A DNA stretch of 64,000 nt from Candidatus Poribacteria bacterium (GCA_963665235.2 CAXXLX010000002.1:800001-864000), one strand, 5' to 3'. Counted from the stretch's first letter, positions 1 through 10,364 are shown. Numbers and translations: made by a program. Notes: a model not told the origin generated them from the sequence alone.

Positions 1-568
1 CGGTCTTTGTGCTGACAGAGTGGCTTGATGTGACATGCTCGCCGCCATCCAGGTCCAGCATGAAGATTAAAAACGATGCCATCCAAATCGGTAGGAGCCC
101 AAATCCTTTCGGCACGTAAGTTCGAATGCCTTGCGCTGCCTGAATGCGTGCGATATATTCTACATATTTCTGTGAGTTGTATCGGACCTCACACCCGGCT
201 ATTTTCTCAATAGGTTTCCCGGCTGATGTTTCCCTCGCGACGAGGCTTTTTCCGAGCGTCGCCAAAATTATGCCGACCTGATTAATTGGGAAGCGCGTAT
301 CCCAGGGGTATAAAATATTTTGCGGACCCCGGATACCCGCAGTTGAGACCTGTGCCTCCTTGGCATAGTTGCGAAACCAATCCCAGAGATTCAGTTGGTC
401 AATCAGGTCTTTGTCAAGCACGAACGTGAATGCCCCCGGCTCGTCTTGTGGAAAAAGGGGAGTTTTTACCGGGTCTGGCGTATTCTGTTCAACGACTGAA
501 AAGAGTTGCTGCTCCGTTTGATTGCGTTTTTCAAGATACGCCGTATCGACAGGAATGATCATCTTCAC
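1..568 (-). CDS. Phosphoglucomutase/phosphomannomutase family protein, runs off the window start
   Basis: Manual translation from GTG at 568 (GGAGA RBS) gives STAGIRG (FGTAGxRG-like), EVRYNS and the active-site-like TSSH motif; not in the ORF track. Confidence 0.75.
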   Translation of the reverse strand, partial: MKMIIPVDTAYLEKRNQTEQQLFSVVEQNTPDPVKTPLFPQDEPGAFTFVLDKDLIDQLNLWDWFRNYAKEAQVSTAGIRGPQNILYPWDTRFPINQVGIILATLGKSLVARETSAGKPIEKIAGCEVRYNSQKYVEYIARIQAAQGIRTYVPKGFGLLPIWMASFLIFMLDLDGGEHVTSSHSVSTKT

Positions 569-670
569 TCTCCAAAAAAGATTTTGGGGCTATTATACCA
601 TATATCCACAATTTGTGTCAGTTAATTTGTAGGATATTAGGATATGCCAGAGACATTCAATCCGCTCATC

Positions 671-1422
671 TCATGTAGTCTCTGCTGAATTAAATTTAAC
701 GATTTTCTCCCAAAGTATGTTACCGTCGTTATCACAAAATTCCTTGATAAATTCAAAAGTAAACTTGTTGATAATTTTATCATACTCTTCCATAAATTGC
801 GCGTTTTTCTCTTTGGCTTGATGTCCCAGCGGTTCAATGATGTCAGTATACAAGTTGTCATCAGCTGAAATAAATGCCCAAAATTTTTGGCCACACAACT
901 TTATATAGTCGCCCTTATCTGGCTTCCGATTTTTTCCATAGCAGCAACCGTTGATAGCAACGACATTTGTAGAGGGTGTATTTGTCCTGAGAATCCGTTT
1001 TGCTCTCTGCATTTTTTTGATTTGAAATTGTCCTGCATTTTTTTGATTTGACTACTATTTCCCCAATTTGGCCCAGATTTAATCGATATAATATATCTTA
1101 CGCTGTCTTTTTCAAACTCTAAATCAATTCCTTCTGCTGAAGATTTTCGACCATCATATACTTGTGTGCAAATAAAAATAGCAAGCCCCTCCAGAAACCC
1201 GCCAAAAATCGTTTCTTCTTGCGAAGATAGATGAGCCTCTAGAATAGTCTTAACAAATTCCGATGCCGTGTTAATATTTTTCGCCTTGAATAAATATGGA
1301 TTTTTGCGTTTGACAACATTCATCAGTTTCAATTTTTGAAGGTTTTCTAACCTTCTCTGATGAAAGATTTGAATATTCGCCTCAACATAATCCGTGAGCT
1401 CTTGTTGTGTAATGGGTTTCAC
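671..1422 (-). pseudogene. Type II restriction endonuclease (EcoO109I/PmeII-like), frameshifted
   Basis: GTG at 1422 gives KRKNPYLFK...EGIDLEF...ISIKSGPNWGNSSQ. It continues in another frame (GCCYG...LCGQKFW). A 14-nt extra segment at 1007-1020 breaks the frame. Confidence 0.8.
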
Positions 1423-2266
1423 ATTCCACCTCTTCAAATAACGAATATTGTGATTGTGTCGATTCGATGTGCTCTTTTGCCACCTGATAATACTGCGGCA
1501 AGATTTCAATGCCGGCAGAATTTCTCGATAACCGCTGAGCGACCTGACATGTCGTTCCGGAACCCATAAACGGATCCAGCACCCAATCCTTTTCCTTCGT
1601 AAATAGCCTAATAAACCATTCGGGCAACGTCTTCGGAAAAACGGCACTATGTTTGCGATTGCCCGTTTCTGTCGCAAGATGCAAAACATTCGTCGGATAC
1701 GCCATTTTTCTGCCTACCCAATTTGAAACGTTTTTACCAAACCCGCTCCCCACTTTTGATGTATCCCGCCCTTTATCTGTTTCGCTGAGGTTTTTCAATC
1801 GTTTTTCCGCCCACTCGCCCATCGGCACCATGACAGCCTCCTGATACATATTGAACTTCTTCGTTTTGTTGAACTGTAAACACCGCTCCCAGGCATCTCT
1901 GAATCGGTTTGGCCATTTGCCCGGATAGCAATTTTTCTTGTGCCAGACAAACTCCTCTGTCCACAACCAACCCTGTTTTCTCATCTCGAGTATCAATTCA
2001 ATAACATAGGTGTGCCGTTCACCGCTAACGGCGTTCTCTTTAATGTTCAGGATGAAGGTGCCAGATGGCTTGAGGACTCTTAGAAATTGTTCGGCACGAG
2101 GCATAAACCAATTAACGTATTCATCAGGTTTGATTCCGTTATACGTTTTGGCGCGGCGGTCTGCGTAAGGGGGAGATGTTATGATTAGGTCAAACGAATC
2201 GGTGTCAAAATTGGAGAGGACCTCTAAACAATCTCCGAGATACAAATCGGTTTTTACTATTTTCAT
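1382..2266 (-). CDS. DNA methyltransferase, N4-C/N6-A, beta class
   Basis: TSPPY catalytic motif near the N-terminus and DPFMGSGTT SAM-binding motif near the C-terminus; overlaps the endonuclease start. Confidence 0.92.
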   Translation of the reverse strand: MKIVKTDLYLGDCLEVLSNFDTDSFDLIITSPPYADRRAKTYNGIKPDEYVNWFMPRAEQFLRVLKPSGTFILNIKENAVSGERHTYVIELILEMRKQGWLWTEEFVWHKKNCYPGKWPNRFRDAWERCLQFNKTKKFNMYQEAVMVPMGEWAEKRLKNLSETDKGRDTSKVGSGFGKNVSNWVGRKMAYPTNVLHLATETGNRKHSAVFPKTLPEWFIRLFTKEKDWVLDPFMGSGTTCQVAQRLSRNSAGIEILPQYYQVAKEHIESTQSQYSLFEEVECETHYTTRAHGLC

Positions 2267-2424
2267 TGGAAACTGCCTTTGGACACTAAACTTTGGACGA
2301 AGTCACGGATAGCCTCATTTAGATATTATAGCAGATGTAGCGTTGCAAATGCAAGGAAAAAATAGAGAAGGTGGTAAATATTTTGTCAAAAATTGAACAG
2401 TTCTGCACTAAAAATAAATTTTGC

Positions 2425-2453
2425 TTGACAAATTCTGTGAAAATCTGTTTAAT
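2425..2453 (+). promoter_or_regulatory. Sigma-70-type promoter
   Basis: TTGACA-17 bp-TTTAAT upstream of the RidA-fabV genes. Confidence 0.5.
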
Positions 2454-2525
2454 AGTAGAGACAGGTACAAAAATGCTGCCTTTGCAGCACCTTAGAATTA
2501 ACCTACTTGGGAGATATTAAATTAC

Positions 2526-2987
2526 ATGAAAATAGAGAAACGACTTGAAGAACTAGGTGTGAAATTACCACCTCCGGCGGTCCCCGTGGCGAATTACGTC
2601 ACAACGGTGCAAACCGGAAATCTTGTCTTTACGTCTGGACACGGACCCGGCACAGGCGAAGGTAAAATCTATAAGAGTCAACTCGGTACAGATGCGACTA
2701 TTGAAGAGGGGTATGCCTCTGCGCGTCAGGTTGCAATCGAATTATTGAGCACGCTCCAACATGCCCTCGGCGATTTGGACCGGATTAAGCGGATTGTGAA
2801 GGTTGTCGGTTTCGTTAACTCGGCACCAGATTTCACGGACCAGCCGGCTGTCGTCAACGGTGCATCCGACTTTTTCGTTGAGGTATTCGGCGATAAGGGA
2901 AAACATGCACGTTCGGCAGTTGGCATGGTACAATTGCCCGGCGGCATTCCGGTTGAAATTGAGATGGTTGTTGAAATTGAGGAGTAG
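2526..2987 (+). CDS. RidA/YjgF/UK114 family protein
   Basis: VANYV...VFTSGHGP, VNGASD, GKHARSAVG, PVEIE motifs. Confidence 0.9.
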   Translation: MKIEKRLEELGVKLPPPAVPVANYVTTVQTGNLVFTSGHGPGTGEGKIYKSQLGTDATIEEGYASARQVAIELLSTLQHALGDLDRIKRIVKVVGFVNSAPDFTDQPAVVNGASDFFVEVFGDKGKHARSAVGMVQLPGGIPVEIEMVVEIEE

Positions 2988-2999
2988 ACTTTAAATACC

Positions 3000-4193
3000 A
3001 TGGCAGTTCAAATTGTTAAGCCTCGCATTCGCGGTTTTATCTGCACAAATGCGCATCCTGCTGGGTGCCAGGCGAACGTTCAAAACCAGATAGCACTGAT
3101 TAAGGAGCGTATTCCGCACAAATCGGCAGGGTTAAATGCGCTCGTTGTGGGCGCGTCAACCGGTTACGGTCTTGCTTCTCGGATTGCCTTGACGTGGGCG
3201 TACGGTGCTAAGACACTTGGGCTTCTCTACGAACGGCCCGCGGATAGCCGACGGACCGCAACGGCAGGCTACTATAACACGGTTGCGTTTCATCAAGCGG
3301 CAGAACGCGATGGGTTTTTGGCAGAGAGCCTCAACGGTGATGCCTTTTCGGATGAAATAAAGGCGGAAGCCCTCACCCGAATCAGAGAGAATTTTGGCAA
3401 AATAGATATGCTCGTCTATAGCATTGCGGCTCCCCGACGAATTCATCCCCGCACTGGCGAAGCGCATACGTCTCAACTAAAACCGATTGGCGAAGCCTAC
3501 ACCGGGAAAACCGTGGATTTGAATCGGGAGGTCGTTGTGCCTGTAACGATTGAACCGGCAAACGAGCAGGAAATCTCGGACACAATTGCTGTTATGGGGG
3601 GCGAAGATTTAGAGATGTGGGTGTCGGCACTAGCGGATGCCGATTTGCTGGCACCAGCAGTAACGGTTGTCGCTTATACCTATATCGGCAGTGCATTAAC
3701 TTGGGCAATTTATCGAGATGGCACTATCGGCAGGGCAAAAGATGACCTGAAGCTACGGGTTGACGCGCTCGATGAAAAACTTGCGAAGCAATTAGGCGGC
3801 AATGCCTACATTTCGGTTAATAAAGCAGTCGTTACACAAGCTTCAGCGGCCATCCCTGTCGTTCCGTTGTATATAAGCATTCTTTACGATATTATGAATG
3901 CGAAGGGTATCAACGAGGCACCGATTGGACAGATGCAGCGGCTCTTCTCGGAGCATCTTGGACCGGGACTAAAACCGCAACTGGATAGCGAACGTTACAT
4001 TCGCCTAGATGATAGAGAATTACGGCAAGACGTAACCGAGGCTGTCACGGCGCGTTGGGAAGAGATTGATACCGACAACTTCCATGACCTCTCCGATTAC
4101 GCAGATTTCAGAAGACGGTTCCGAAACCTATTCGGCTTTGAGGTCGACGGCGTGGACTACGATGAAGCCGTGGAAACAGAATTAGTATTCTAA
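3000..4193 (+). CDS. fabV: Enoyl-ACP reductase FabV / trans-2-enoyl-CoA reductase
   Basis: PRIRGFICTNAHPAGC, GASTGYGLASRI, NGDAFSDE, YIG...Y.DGTIGRAK, FGFEVDGVDY. Confidence 0.93.
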   Translation: MAVQIVKPRIRGFICTNAHPAGCQANVQNQIALIKERIPHKSAGLNALVVGASTGYGLASRIALTWAYGAKTLGLLYERPADSRRTATAGYYNTVAFHQAAERDGFLAESLNGDAFSDEIKAEALTRIRENFGKIDMLVYSIAAPRRIHPRTGEAHTSQLKPIGEAYTGKTVDLNREVVVPVTIEPANEQEISDTIAVMGGEDLEMWVSALADADLLAPAVTVVAYTYIGSALTWAIYRDGTIGRAKDDLKLRVDALDEKLAKQLGGNAYISVNKAVVTQASAAIPVVPLYISILYDIMNAKGINEAPIGQMQRLFSEHLGPGLKPQLDSERYIRLDDRELRQDVTEAVTARWEEIDTDNFHDLSDYADFRRRFRNLFGFEVDGVDYDEAVETELVF

Positions 4194-4207
4194 GGAGGAA
4201 TTTAATA

Positions 4208-4699
4208 ATGGGACGTTATTTCAACCGCGTATTGACATTTTTAGTAATCGCTTGTTGTTTAGTGCTTCAGCCTGCTGAGGCAACAGATAATAAAGATGCT
4301 GACTTCGGATTCGGCTACATGTTTACCTCCCTGTCCAATAGAGAGCTGATAAGCGCAAATGGTCTCAGTTGGAAAACGCCGCTCTCAGAAAGTTTCAGTA
4401 TTCAAAATGTTTTATGGCTTTTGGAAGATGAGAAGACAAGCGTGGCAGTGACAAACCGATTTTTGTATACCGTCAAAATACATTCTCGAAGCCAGCTCTA
4501 TTGGGGTTGGGGTACGGTTTATCCGAGACAGTGGCAGTATGAAACACTCATAGGTTTTGAATACTTCTTTTTAGAGAATGCTGATTTCGGATATACCATT
4601 GAGTTTGGTTTGAGCCGCTTAAAACGTGCAGCTGAAGATTCAGAGGATGGTAGTAGATTAGGCAAGCGTTTACTGTTCGGTTATCATCTTTACTTCTGA
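4208..4699 (+). CDS. Hypothetical secreted or outer-membrane beta-barrel protein
   Basis: Signal peptide, alternating aromatic beta-strands, C-terminal YF. Confidence 0.6.
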   Translation: MGRYFNRVLTFLVIACCLVLQPAEATDNKDADFGFGYMFTSLSNRELISANGLSWKTPLSESFSIQNVLWLLEDEKTSVAVTNRFLYTVKIHSRSQLYWGWGTVYPRQWQYETLIGFEYFFLENADFGYTIEFGLSRLKRAAEDSEDGSRLGKRLLFGYHLYF

Positions 4700-4736
4700 T
4701 TACGTAAGTTAGGAATCGCTTTATAAGGAGAAAGTT

Positions 4737-5459
4737 ATGGCACAACCTTTGGTTACAGTTTGGAATGAATTTAGGCACGAAAAAACGAACGAAACCATCC
4801 GCAAAATTTATCCGAAAGGCATTCACACCGCTATTGCTGATGGGTTAAATGAACACGGCATTGAAACGCTAACCGCTACGTTAGACGAGCCGGAGCACGG
4901 TTTGACTGACGAAGTGCTGGATAAAACGGATGTCCTAATATGGTGGGGACACGCTGCGCACGGTGCCGTTGAAGATGCAATCGCTGATAAGGTGAAGGCA
5001 CGGGTGTTACAAGGTATGGGATTAATCGTCCTACATTCCGGGCACTATTCTAAACCCTTTACCCGCTTGATGGGAACATCGTGTAGCCTCAAGTGGCGTG
5101 AGGCAGCCGAAAAAGAACGCATCTGGGTGATTGAACATAGCCATCCAATCGTTGAAGGCCTCGGCGAATACTTCGAAATTGAGCACGCTGAAATGTATGG
5201 CGAACCGTTCGACATTCCGGAACCCGACACGCTTGTTTTTATCAGTTGGTTTCCCGGCGGTGAGGTCTTTCGGAGCGGGTGTTGCTACTATCGCGGCAGA
5301 GGAAAAATCTTCTATTTCCGCCCCGGGCATGAAACATACCCAATCTATTACGATGAAAATGTCCGACATGTAATCGCCAACGCAGCGCGATGGGCAGCAC
5401 TCGGAGACGCACCTAAACCCGTTTTCGGACATTCACAACCGTTGGAACCCCTCAGTTGA
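4737..5459 (+). CDS. ThuA-like (trehalose utilisation) domain protein
   Basis: [42 protein letters not shown]. Confidence 0.9.
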   Translation: MAQPLVTVWNEFRHEKTNETIRKIYPKGIHTAIADGLNEHGIETLTATLDEPEHGLTDEVLDKTDVLIWWGHAAHGAVEDAIADKVKARVLQGMGLIVLHSGHYSKPFTRLMGTSCSLKWREAAEKERIWVIEHSHPIVEGLGEYFEIEHAEMYGEPFDIPEPDTLVFISWFPGGEVFRSGCCYYRGRGKIFYFRPGHETYPIYYDENVRHVIANAARWAALGDAPKPVFGHSQPLEPLS

Positions 5460-5486
5460 GGAAAAACCGCAATAAGGAGATGAACT

Positions 5487-6209
5487 ATGGAACAGACAAA
5501 ACCGAAACTTGACCAGCTGCTACAGGACGGTTTCATTTTAATAGAGGGTGCGTTGTCACCAGAGGAAACCGAAAACATTCGTCAGCGGGTTAACTACGCC
5601 CGCGAACAGGGTTGGGAAGAGGGATTGAACGCAGTCGGTAATATGTGGTTCGATTCCCTGCTTGACCGCGAACCGGATACATACGGGCCCCTTGTCGGAC
5701 ATTCTAGCGTCCGTCCCTATCTTGAAGGCCTGATGGGAAAACAGTGCCAGCTACGGAGCTTGCGTGCACATATCAATCCAGGCCCTTATCTACAAGAGTG
5801 GCACATGGACTTTTACGGCTATTGGCACGAAAAACGATATGTTGAGGAACACCCGTTTGCAATGGCACCTGCCGGTATCAACACCACCTACTATTTTCAA
5901 GACAACGGCCCCGGAGAAGGGCACCTCAAGTTTGTCAAAGGTGGACATCTAAACGAACCGCCGCATCTATATCCGTTAGACCGTCCCAAATTTGAGGAGT
6001 GGTGTGAATCACAAGAACACGTTATTCTGTATCCGAAGGCGGGGGATTGTGTCGTGTTTATCAATCACATTCCGCACCAGGGTGCAAAAGAACGCGACGA
6101 TATGGAACGTAGCAACGTTGTGTGCCATTATCAGGTAACACCGATGTATGATGGCGTTTGGCACGTCTCACGCCCGCGCGGGTATCAGGGCACTTTTCCG
6201 TTTGCTTAG
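5487..6209 (+). CDS. Phytanoyl-CoA dioxygenase (PhyH) family 2OG-Fe(II) oxygenase
   Basis: DGFILIEGALS, WHMD (HxD), GGH, distal His in IPHQG, then R. Confidence 0.85.
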   Translation: MEQTKPKLDQLLQDGFILIEGALSPEETENIRQRVNYAREQGWEEGLNAVGNMWFDSLLDREPDTYGPLVGHSSVRPYLEGLMGKQCQLRSLRAHINPGPYLQEWHMDFYGYWHEKRYVEEHPFAMAPAGINTTYYFQDNGPGEGHLKFVKGGHLNEPPHLYPLDRPKFEEWCESQEHVILYPKAGDCVVFINHIPHQGAKERDDMERSNVVCHYQVTPMYDGVWHVSRPRGYQGTFPFA

Positions 6210-6258
6210 ACATAATAGTAGGCACACACCCTGTGCCTACTCTCATTGATGAGAATAG

Positions 6259-7077
6259 GTGACACTTATGCGTACATTTATTATTTTTCTATACGTTGTA
6301 TATCTGGTAGGCAGTTTTCAATTTACCTGCACAGCCGAAACATTTAAGGGCTTGGTCGTTTATTTCTCATTTGAAGAGGGCAGCGGTAAAACCGTTGTGG
6401 ACCGCTCAGGCAACGGCAACAACGGACAATTAGCAGGTGACACCGATTGGACTGATGGTAAATTCGGTAAAGCTCTCAATTTTGGTGGGGAGAACGGCAT
6501 TGTTCACGTCAAACATTCGGACACTTTTGAATTTACAGATGGCATTACGATTTGCGCCTGGATCCGCCCTACGTTGATAGAGGGACCCGGGGAATGGCAA
6601 CTTATTGCAGCCAAGGGACCCGATGTTGATGAGTTCTTTGAGATTCTGTTACATCCAGATGGCTTTATATGGATGGGGTGGAGATTATCGGTTGGGCGTA
6701 TAGTGCCTGAGAAAAGTCCGCCAGATATTGTCAAAGATAAATGGCAGCACATTGCCGTTTCGTTTCAAGCAGATAGGTGGTGGACAATTTACCTTAATGG
6801 CAACGTCCTGATTGATTATCCAAGGGCACGCGCCAATTTGAAACCTGTCGAATCGCCGTTGCTGCTGGGAACAGAGGAGCCGTTCGCTCTGAACCGCTAC
6901 TATAACGGTGATATTGACGAGTTCGTGATTTTTAACCGGGGGCTCTCCGAGAACGACATTAAAAAACTACAGGCAGCGCCGGTGGAAACAATATTGGCTG
7001 TTGACCCGAGCGCGAAGCTCTCCACAACGTGGGGTACCCTCAAACAGAGATATAACGTTCGTGATGTGTCAAATTGA
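6259..7077 (+). CDS. Secreted LamG/concanavalin-like domain protein with C-terminal TTWG motif
   Basis: YFSFEEGSG..VVDRSGNGN, GKFGKAL, WQHIA, GDIDE; tail AVDPSAKLSTTWGTLKQ. Confidence 0.85.
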   Translation: MTLMRTFIIFLYVVYLVGSFQFTCTAETFKGLVVYFSFEEGSGKTVVDRSGNGNNGQLAGDTDWTDGKFGKALNFGGENGIVHVKHSDTFEFTDGITICAWIRPTLIEGPGEWQLIAAKGPDVDEFFEILLHPDGFIWMGWRLSVGRIVPEKSPPDIVKDKWQHIAVSFQADRWWTIYLNGNVLIDYPRARANLKPVESPLLLGTEEPFALNRYYNGDIDEFVIFNRGLSENDIKKLQAAPVETILAVDPSAKLSTTWGTLKQRYNVRDVSN

Positions 7078-7163
7078 CCTGAGGTCCGAAACGTTTTTAG
7101 CGTGAAAAGTGCCAAATTGGCATGCATACCCCCGCTATCTACCGAATTTGAAGGGGTTTCGGT

Positions 7164-7179
7164 TGGCACAAATATTGCA
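7164..7179 (+). promoter_or_regulatory. Sigma-54 (-24/-12) promoter of dnaK
   Basis: TGGCAC-aaata-TTGCA matches the RpoN consensus and lies 47 bp before the ATG. Confidence 0.75.
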
Positions 7180-7226
7180 TACAATAGAGATATAATTAAA
7201 ATAACTTGTAGAATTGGAGATTTAGC

Positions 7227-9155
7227 ATGAGCAAGGTCATTGGAATTGATTTAGGAACAACAAATTCATGTGTAGCTGTCTTGGAAAGTGGCGATGCCAA
7301 GGTAATAGAGAACGCGGAAGGGAATCGGACGACTCCCTCGGTTGTCGGTTTTACCAAAGAGGGGGAGCGTCCCGTCGGGCAGGTCGCTAAGAGACAAGCT
7401 ATCACGAATCCCGAAAACACAATTTTTTCCATCAAACGGTTCATGGGACGAAAATATAGCGAGATTGGTGACGATGCCTCCCGTGTGCCTTATGAATTAA
7501 AAAGCGATAAAGATGGCAATATTGCGGTAGATATCGAGGGCAAAACGTATTCACCTCCTGAGATATCCGCGATGGTTTTGCGGAAGATGAAGGAAACCGC
7601 GGAGGCATACCTCGGTGAAGAGGTCACGCAAGCGGTTATCACTGTCCCCGCCTACTTTAACGATTCCCAACGTCAGGCGACAGCCGATGCGGGCAAAATC
7701 GCCGGGTTAGAGGTGCAGCGGATTATCAACGAACCGACTGCCGCCTCTCTTGCCTACGGGCTCCAAACTGAAGGCGAGCGGAAAATCGCCGTCTACGACC
7801 TCGGCGGCGGCACGTTCGATATCTCTATTCTTGAAATCGGCGATGGGGTCTTTGAAGTCAAAAGTACAAACGGGGATACACACCTCGGCGGTGACGACTT
7901 CGACCAAGCTGTTATTGACTGGATGGCACAGGAATTCCTCAGCAGCCAAGGCATCGACCTACGGAAAGATCAGATGGCTTTACAACGTTTGAAGGAGGCA
8001 GCGGAAACCGCAAAATGTGAACTCTCTAGCACGTTACAGACCGATATCAACCTCCCGTTTATCACTGTCGATGCAAGTGGGCCGAAGCATCTTAACTTGA
8101 CGCTCACCCGTGCGAAACTTGAGCAGATTACAGATGAACTCGTCGAACGTTCGCTCCAACCGTGCCGACAAGCCCTCGCGGATGCAGAAATGCAACCCTC
8201 CGATATTGACGAAGTTATACTGGTCGGGGGACAGACCCGGATGCCGAAAGTACAGGAAGCGGTGCAGCAGCTCTTCGAAAAAGAGCCGCACAAAGGGGTC
8301 AACCCGGACGAAGTCGTTGCAATCGGGGCAGCAATTCAGGGGGGTGTGCTCGCTGGCGATTCCGAAGTGAAAGATATTTTGTTACTGGATGTAACGCCAC
8401 TTTCACTCGGTATTGAAACGCTTGGCGGTATGTTTACGCGGTTAATCGAAAAGAATACCACAATTCCGACTAAGAAATCGGAGAAGTTCACAACCGCAGA
8501 AGATAGCCAGACAGCCGTCGATGTGCACGTCCTTCAGGGAGAACGGGAACAGGCGGTCTACAACAAAACCATCGGTCGGTTCCGCCTGAGCGATATACCC
8601 CCCGCTCCAAGAGGTGTACCTCAGATAGAGGTTACGTTTGATATTGACGCAAACGGAATTCTCAATGTGTCTGCGAAGGATACGGCAACGGGGAAGGAGC
8701 AGAAGATTACAATTACTGCCTCCTCCGGCCTCACGGACGCTGAAATTGAACAGATGGTGAAGGATGCTGAAGCGCACGCGGAAGAGGATAAACAGAAAAG
8801 AGAAGAGGTTGAAACTCGCAACCGTGCGGATTCTATGGTCTACGAAACCGAGAAAAACCTACAGGAATTTGGCGATAAGGTTGACGACGCTACGAAGGAA
8901 AAGGTGAGCACCGCGGTGGAACGTGTCAAGGAGGCCTTAGCAGCAAACAATCACGACGAAATCCAGTCCGCAACCGATGCACTCACACAAGCCTGGCATG
9001 AGGCTTCCGCACAGCTGTATCAACAGACAACAGCGGATGCCCCGGAGGACGCGCCTGAAGACGCACCCACCGAAGACGCTGATGATGACAATGTCGTTGA
9101 TGCTGAATACGAAGTCGTTGACGAGGACACGAATGAAGATGCGGAGAAAAATTAG
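7227..9155 (+). CDS. dnaK: Chaperone DnaK (canonical Hsp70)
   Basis: [39 protein letters not shown] linker, full lid, acidic tail with VVDAEYEVV. Confidence 0.98.
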   Translation: MSKVIGIDLGTTNSCVAVLESGDAKVIENAEGNRTTPSVVGFTKEGERPVGQVAKRQAITNPENTIFSIKRFMGRKYSEIGDDASRVPYELKSDKDGNIAVDIEGKTYSPPEISAMVLRKMKETAEAYLGEEVTQAVITVPAYFNDSQRQATADAGKIAGLEVQRIINEPTAASLAYGLQTEGERKIAVYDLGGGTFDISILEIGDGVFEVKSTNGDTHLGGDDFDQAVIDWMAQEFLSSQGIDLRKDQMALQRLKEAAETAKCELSSTLQTDINLPFITVDASGPKHLNLTLTRAKLEQITDELVERSLQPCRQALADAEMQPSDIDEVILVGGQTRMPKVQEAVQQLFEKEPHKGVNPDEVVAIGAAIQGGVLAGDSEVKDILLLDVTPLSLGIETLGGMFTRLIEKNTTIPTKKSEKFTTAEDSQTAVDVHVLQGEREQAVYNKTIGRFRLSDIPPAPRGVPQIEVTFDIDANGILNVSAKDTATGKEQKITITASSGLTDAEIEQMVKDAEAHAEEDKQKREEVETRNRADSMVYETEKNLQEFGDKVDDATKEKVSTAVERVKEALAANNHDEIQSATDALTQAWHEASAQLYQQTTADAPEDAPEDAPTEDADDDNVVDAEYEVVDEDTNEDAEKN

Positions 9156-9276
9156 GCGAAGTATTCGGACGTTGTAATCGCGCCCTTCACCCTTGTAGGC
9201 GCGCTGAACCCCCTATAGACAGGCTTTTAGGCGCGCGTCTGCTTGTCGGGTTTCTCTTCGTTCAACTTTCTACACA

Positions 9277-9414
9277 AACCTAAGTTGCCACCTATAAATT
9301 TTTAGACTTGGGAACGCCGATTTTAGTCAAAAAATGATGATAATTATAACGTGAACTTCTATGGGGCACCCTTATGCCACAAACTAGGAAGTTTGTGCTA
9401 CTATGTGGCAACTT
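9277..9414. mobile_element. MITE class F (AACCTAAGTTGCCAC ends) carrying a GTAG-REP hairpin
   Basis: Inverted ends AAGTTGCCAC/GTGGCAACTT; homologous to 11549-11702 and 37047-37140. Confidence 0.6.
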
Positions 9415-9435
9415 TCTATACAAGAGGAACTATCG

Positions 9436-10041
9436 ATGTCTTATAGAGAGTTTACTTTAGAGGCAGTGGTGCCAGCATTTCAACTTGAGAAAATTGACAC
9501 CGTAGGTCTTTTTTCGGAGATAGAACCGGTAGTGCCAAGCGCAGCACTCACCGCGGACTTGAAAAAAAAGGTACCCTTAGCTACCACTATCGGCACCGAG
9601 AAAGCACGTTCCGAATTGATTGTTATCAATTTGCTGGTTGAACTTCGGGAACACTATAATCGGCGCATCAGCCTCTTTTCAGGGATTGACTTCAACGTTG
9701 ATGCCGACGCAGGTTTGAACGGCGTGTGCGATTTTTTAGTGAGCCTGTCGCCTAACCAATTTTATTTGGAGGCACCTATCATTAGCCTTGTTGGGGCGAA
9801 AAACATTGACGTGAAACTTGGACTTGGGCAGTGTGTGGCAGAAATGCTCGCTGCCCAACGGTTTAATGCTGAAAAAGGGAATGACATCCCTAGCATTTAT
9901 GGTGCCTCCACGACAGGGGTAAATTGGCAGTTTCTCAAGTTGTCGGAAAAATGTCTCCATATTGATATGGTAACCTATACCATCGAACGGTGCGACAGAA
10001 TTCTCGGTATACTGTCCAGCATGGTTGCACAGAAGCCGTGA
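9436..10041 (+). CDS. Hypothetical PD-(D/E)XK-like protein (MSYxxFTL...EKARSE family)
   Basis: GAGGA RBS before ATG 9436; EKARSELI, NGVCDF, VGAKN, GQCVAEM, TTGVNWQF. Confidence 0.65.
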   Translation: MSYREFTLEAVVPAFQLEKIDTVGLFSEIEPVVPSAALTADLKKKVPLATTIGTEKARSELIVINLLVELREHYNRRISLFSGIDFNVDADAGLNGVCDFLVSLSPNQFYLEAPIISLVGAKNIDVKLGLGQCVAEMLAAQRFNAEKGNDIPSIYGASTTGVNWQFLKLSEKCLHIDMVTYTIERCDRILGILSSMVAQKP

Positions 10042-10068
10042 CATTCTGTCAACCGATTAGATAAGAAA

Positions 10069-10100
10069 ATAGGCAGATACCGTGTCCGATACCTGCCTAT
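10069..10100. terminator. Hairpin between convergent genes
   Basis: ATAGGCAG...CTGCCTAT inverted repeat. Confidence 0.55.
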
Positions 10101-10128
10101 GCTTACTGTGATTTTGGATTTGTCTGAC

Positions 10129-10285
10129 CTACTGCTTCAGCACTCCCCACGTTACTTTTTTTTCCCCGATAGGGGATACAGATAGCACATCGTCACTTAT
10201 CCAATCTAGTGTCGCATCCTTGCCCGGGTGGTCTGTTAGCTGCGTTCTCACACCTGTCTCAATATGATACTTATAGATATTGGCT
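10129..10285 (-). pseudogene. Orphan C-terminal fragment of a TolB/PD40-like secreted protein
   Basis: IYKYHIETGVRTQLTDHPG...VSPIGEKKVTWGVLKQ; no signal peptide or protein body. Confidence 0.6.
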
Positions 10286-10364
10286 GGGGGGAACACAAAC
10301 GTGAAATCAGACGGACAGAGGTCAGACGGGTGGAGCCATTCAATCCGCAATTTAGACAATTCCC

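Noticed and set aside
1423-1689. N-terminal extension of the 262-aa ORF 901-1689
   Set aside because: It overlaps the methyltransferase in another frame; the real start is GTG 1422 with an RBS
7080-7226. CIRCE operator before dnaK
   Set aside because: No TTAGCACTC-N9-GAGTGCTAA match; the sigma-54 motif fits better
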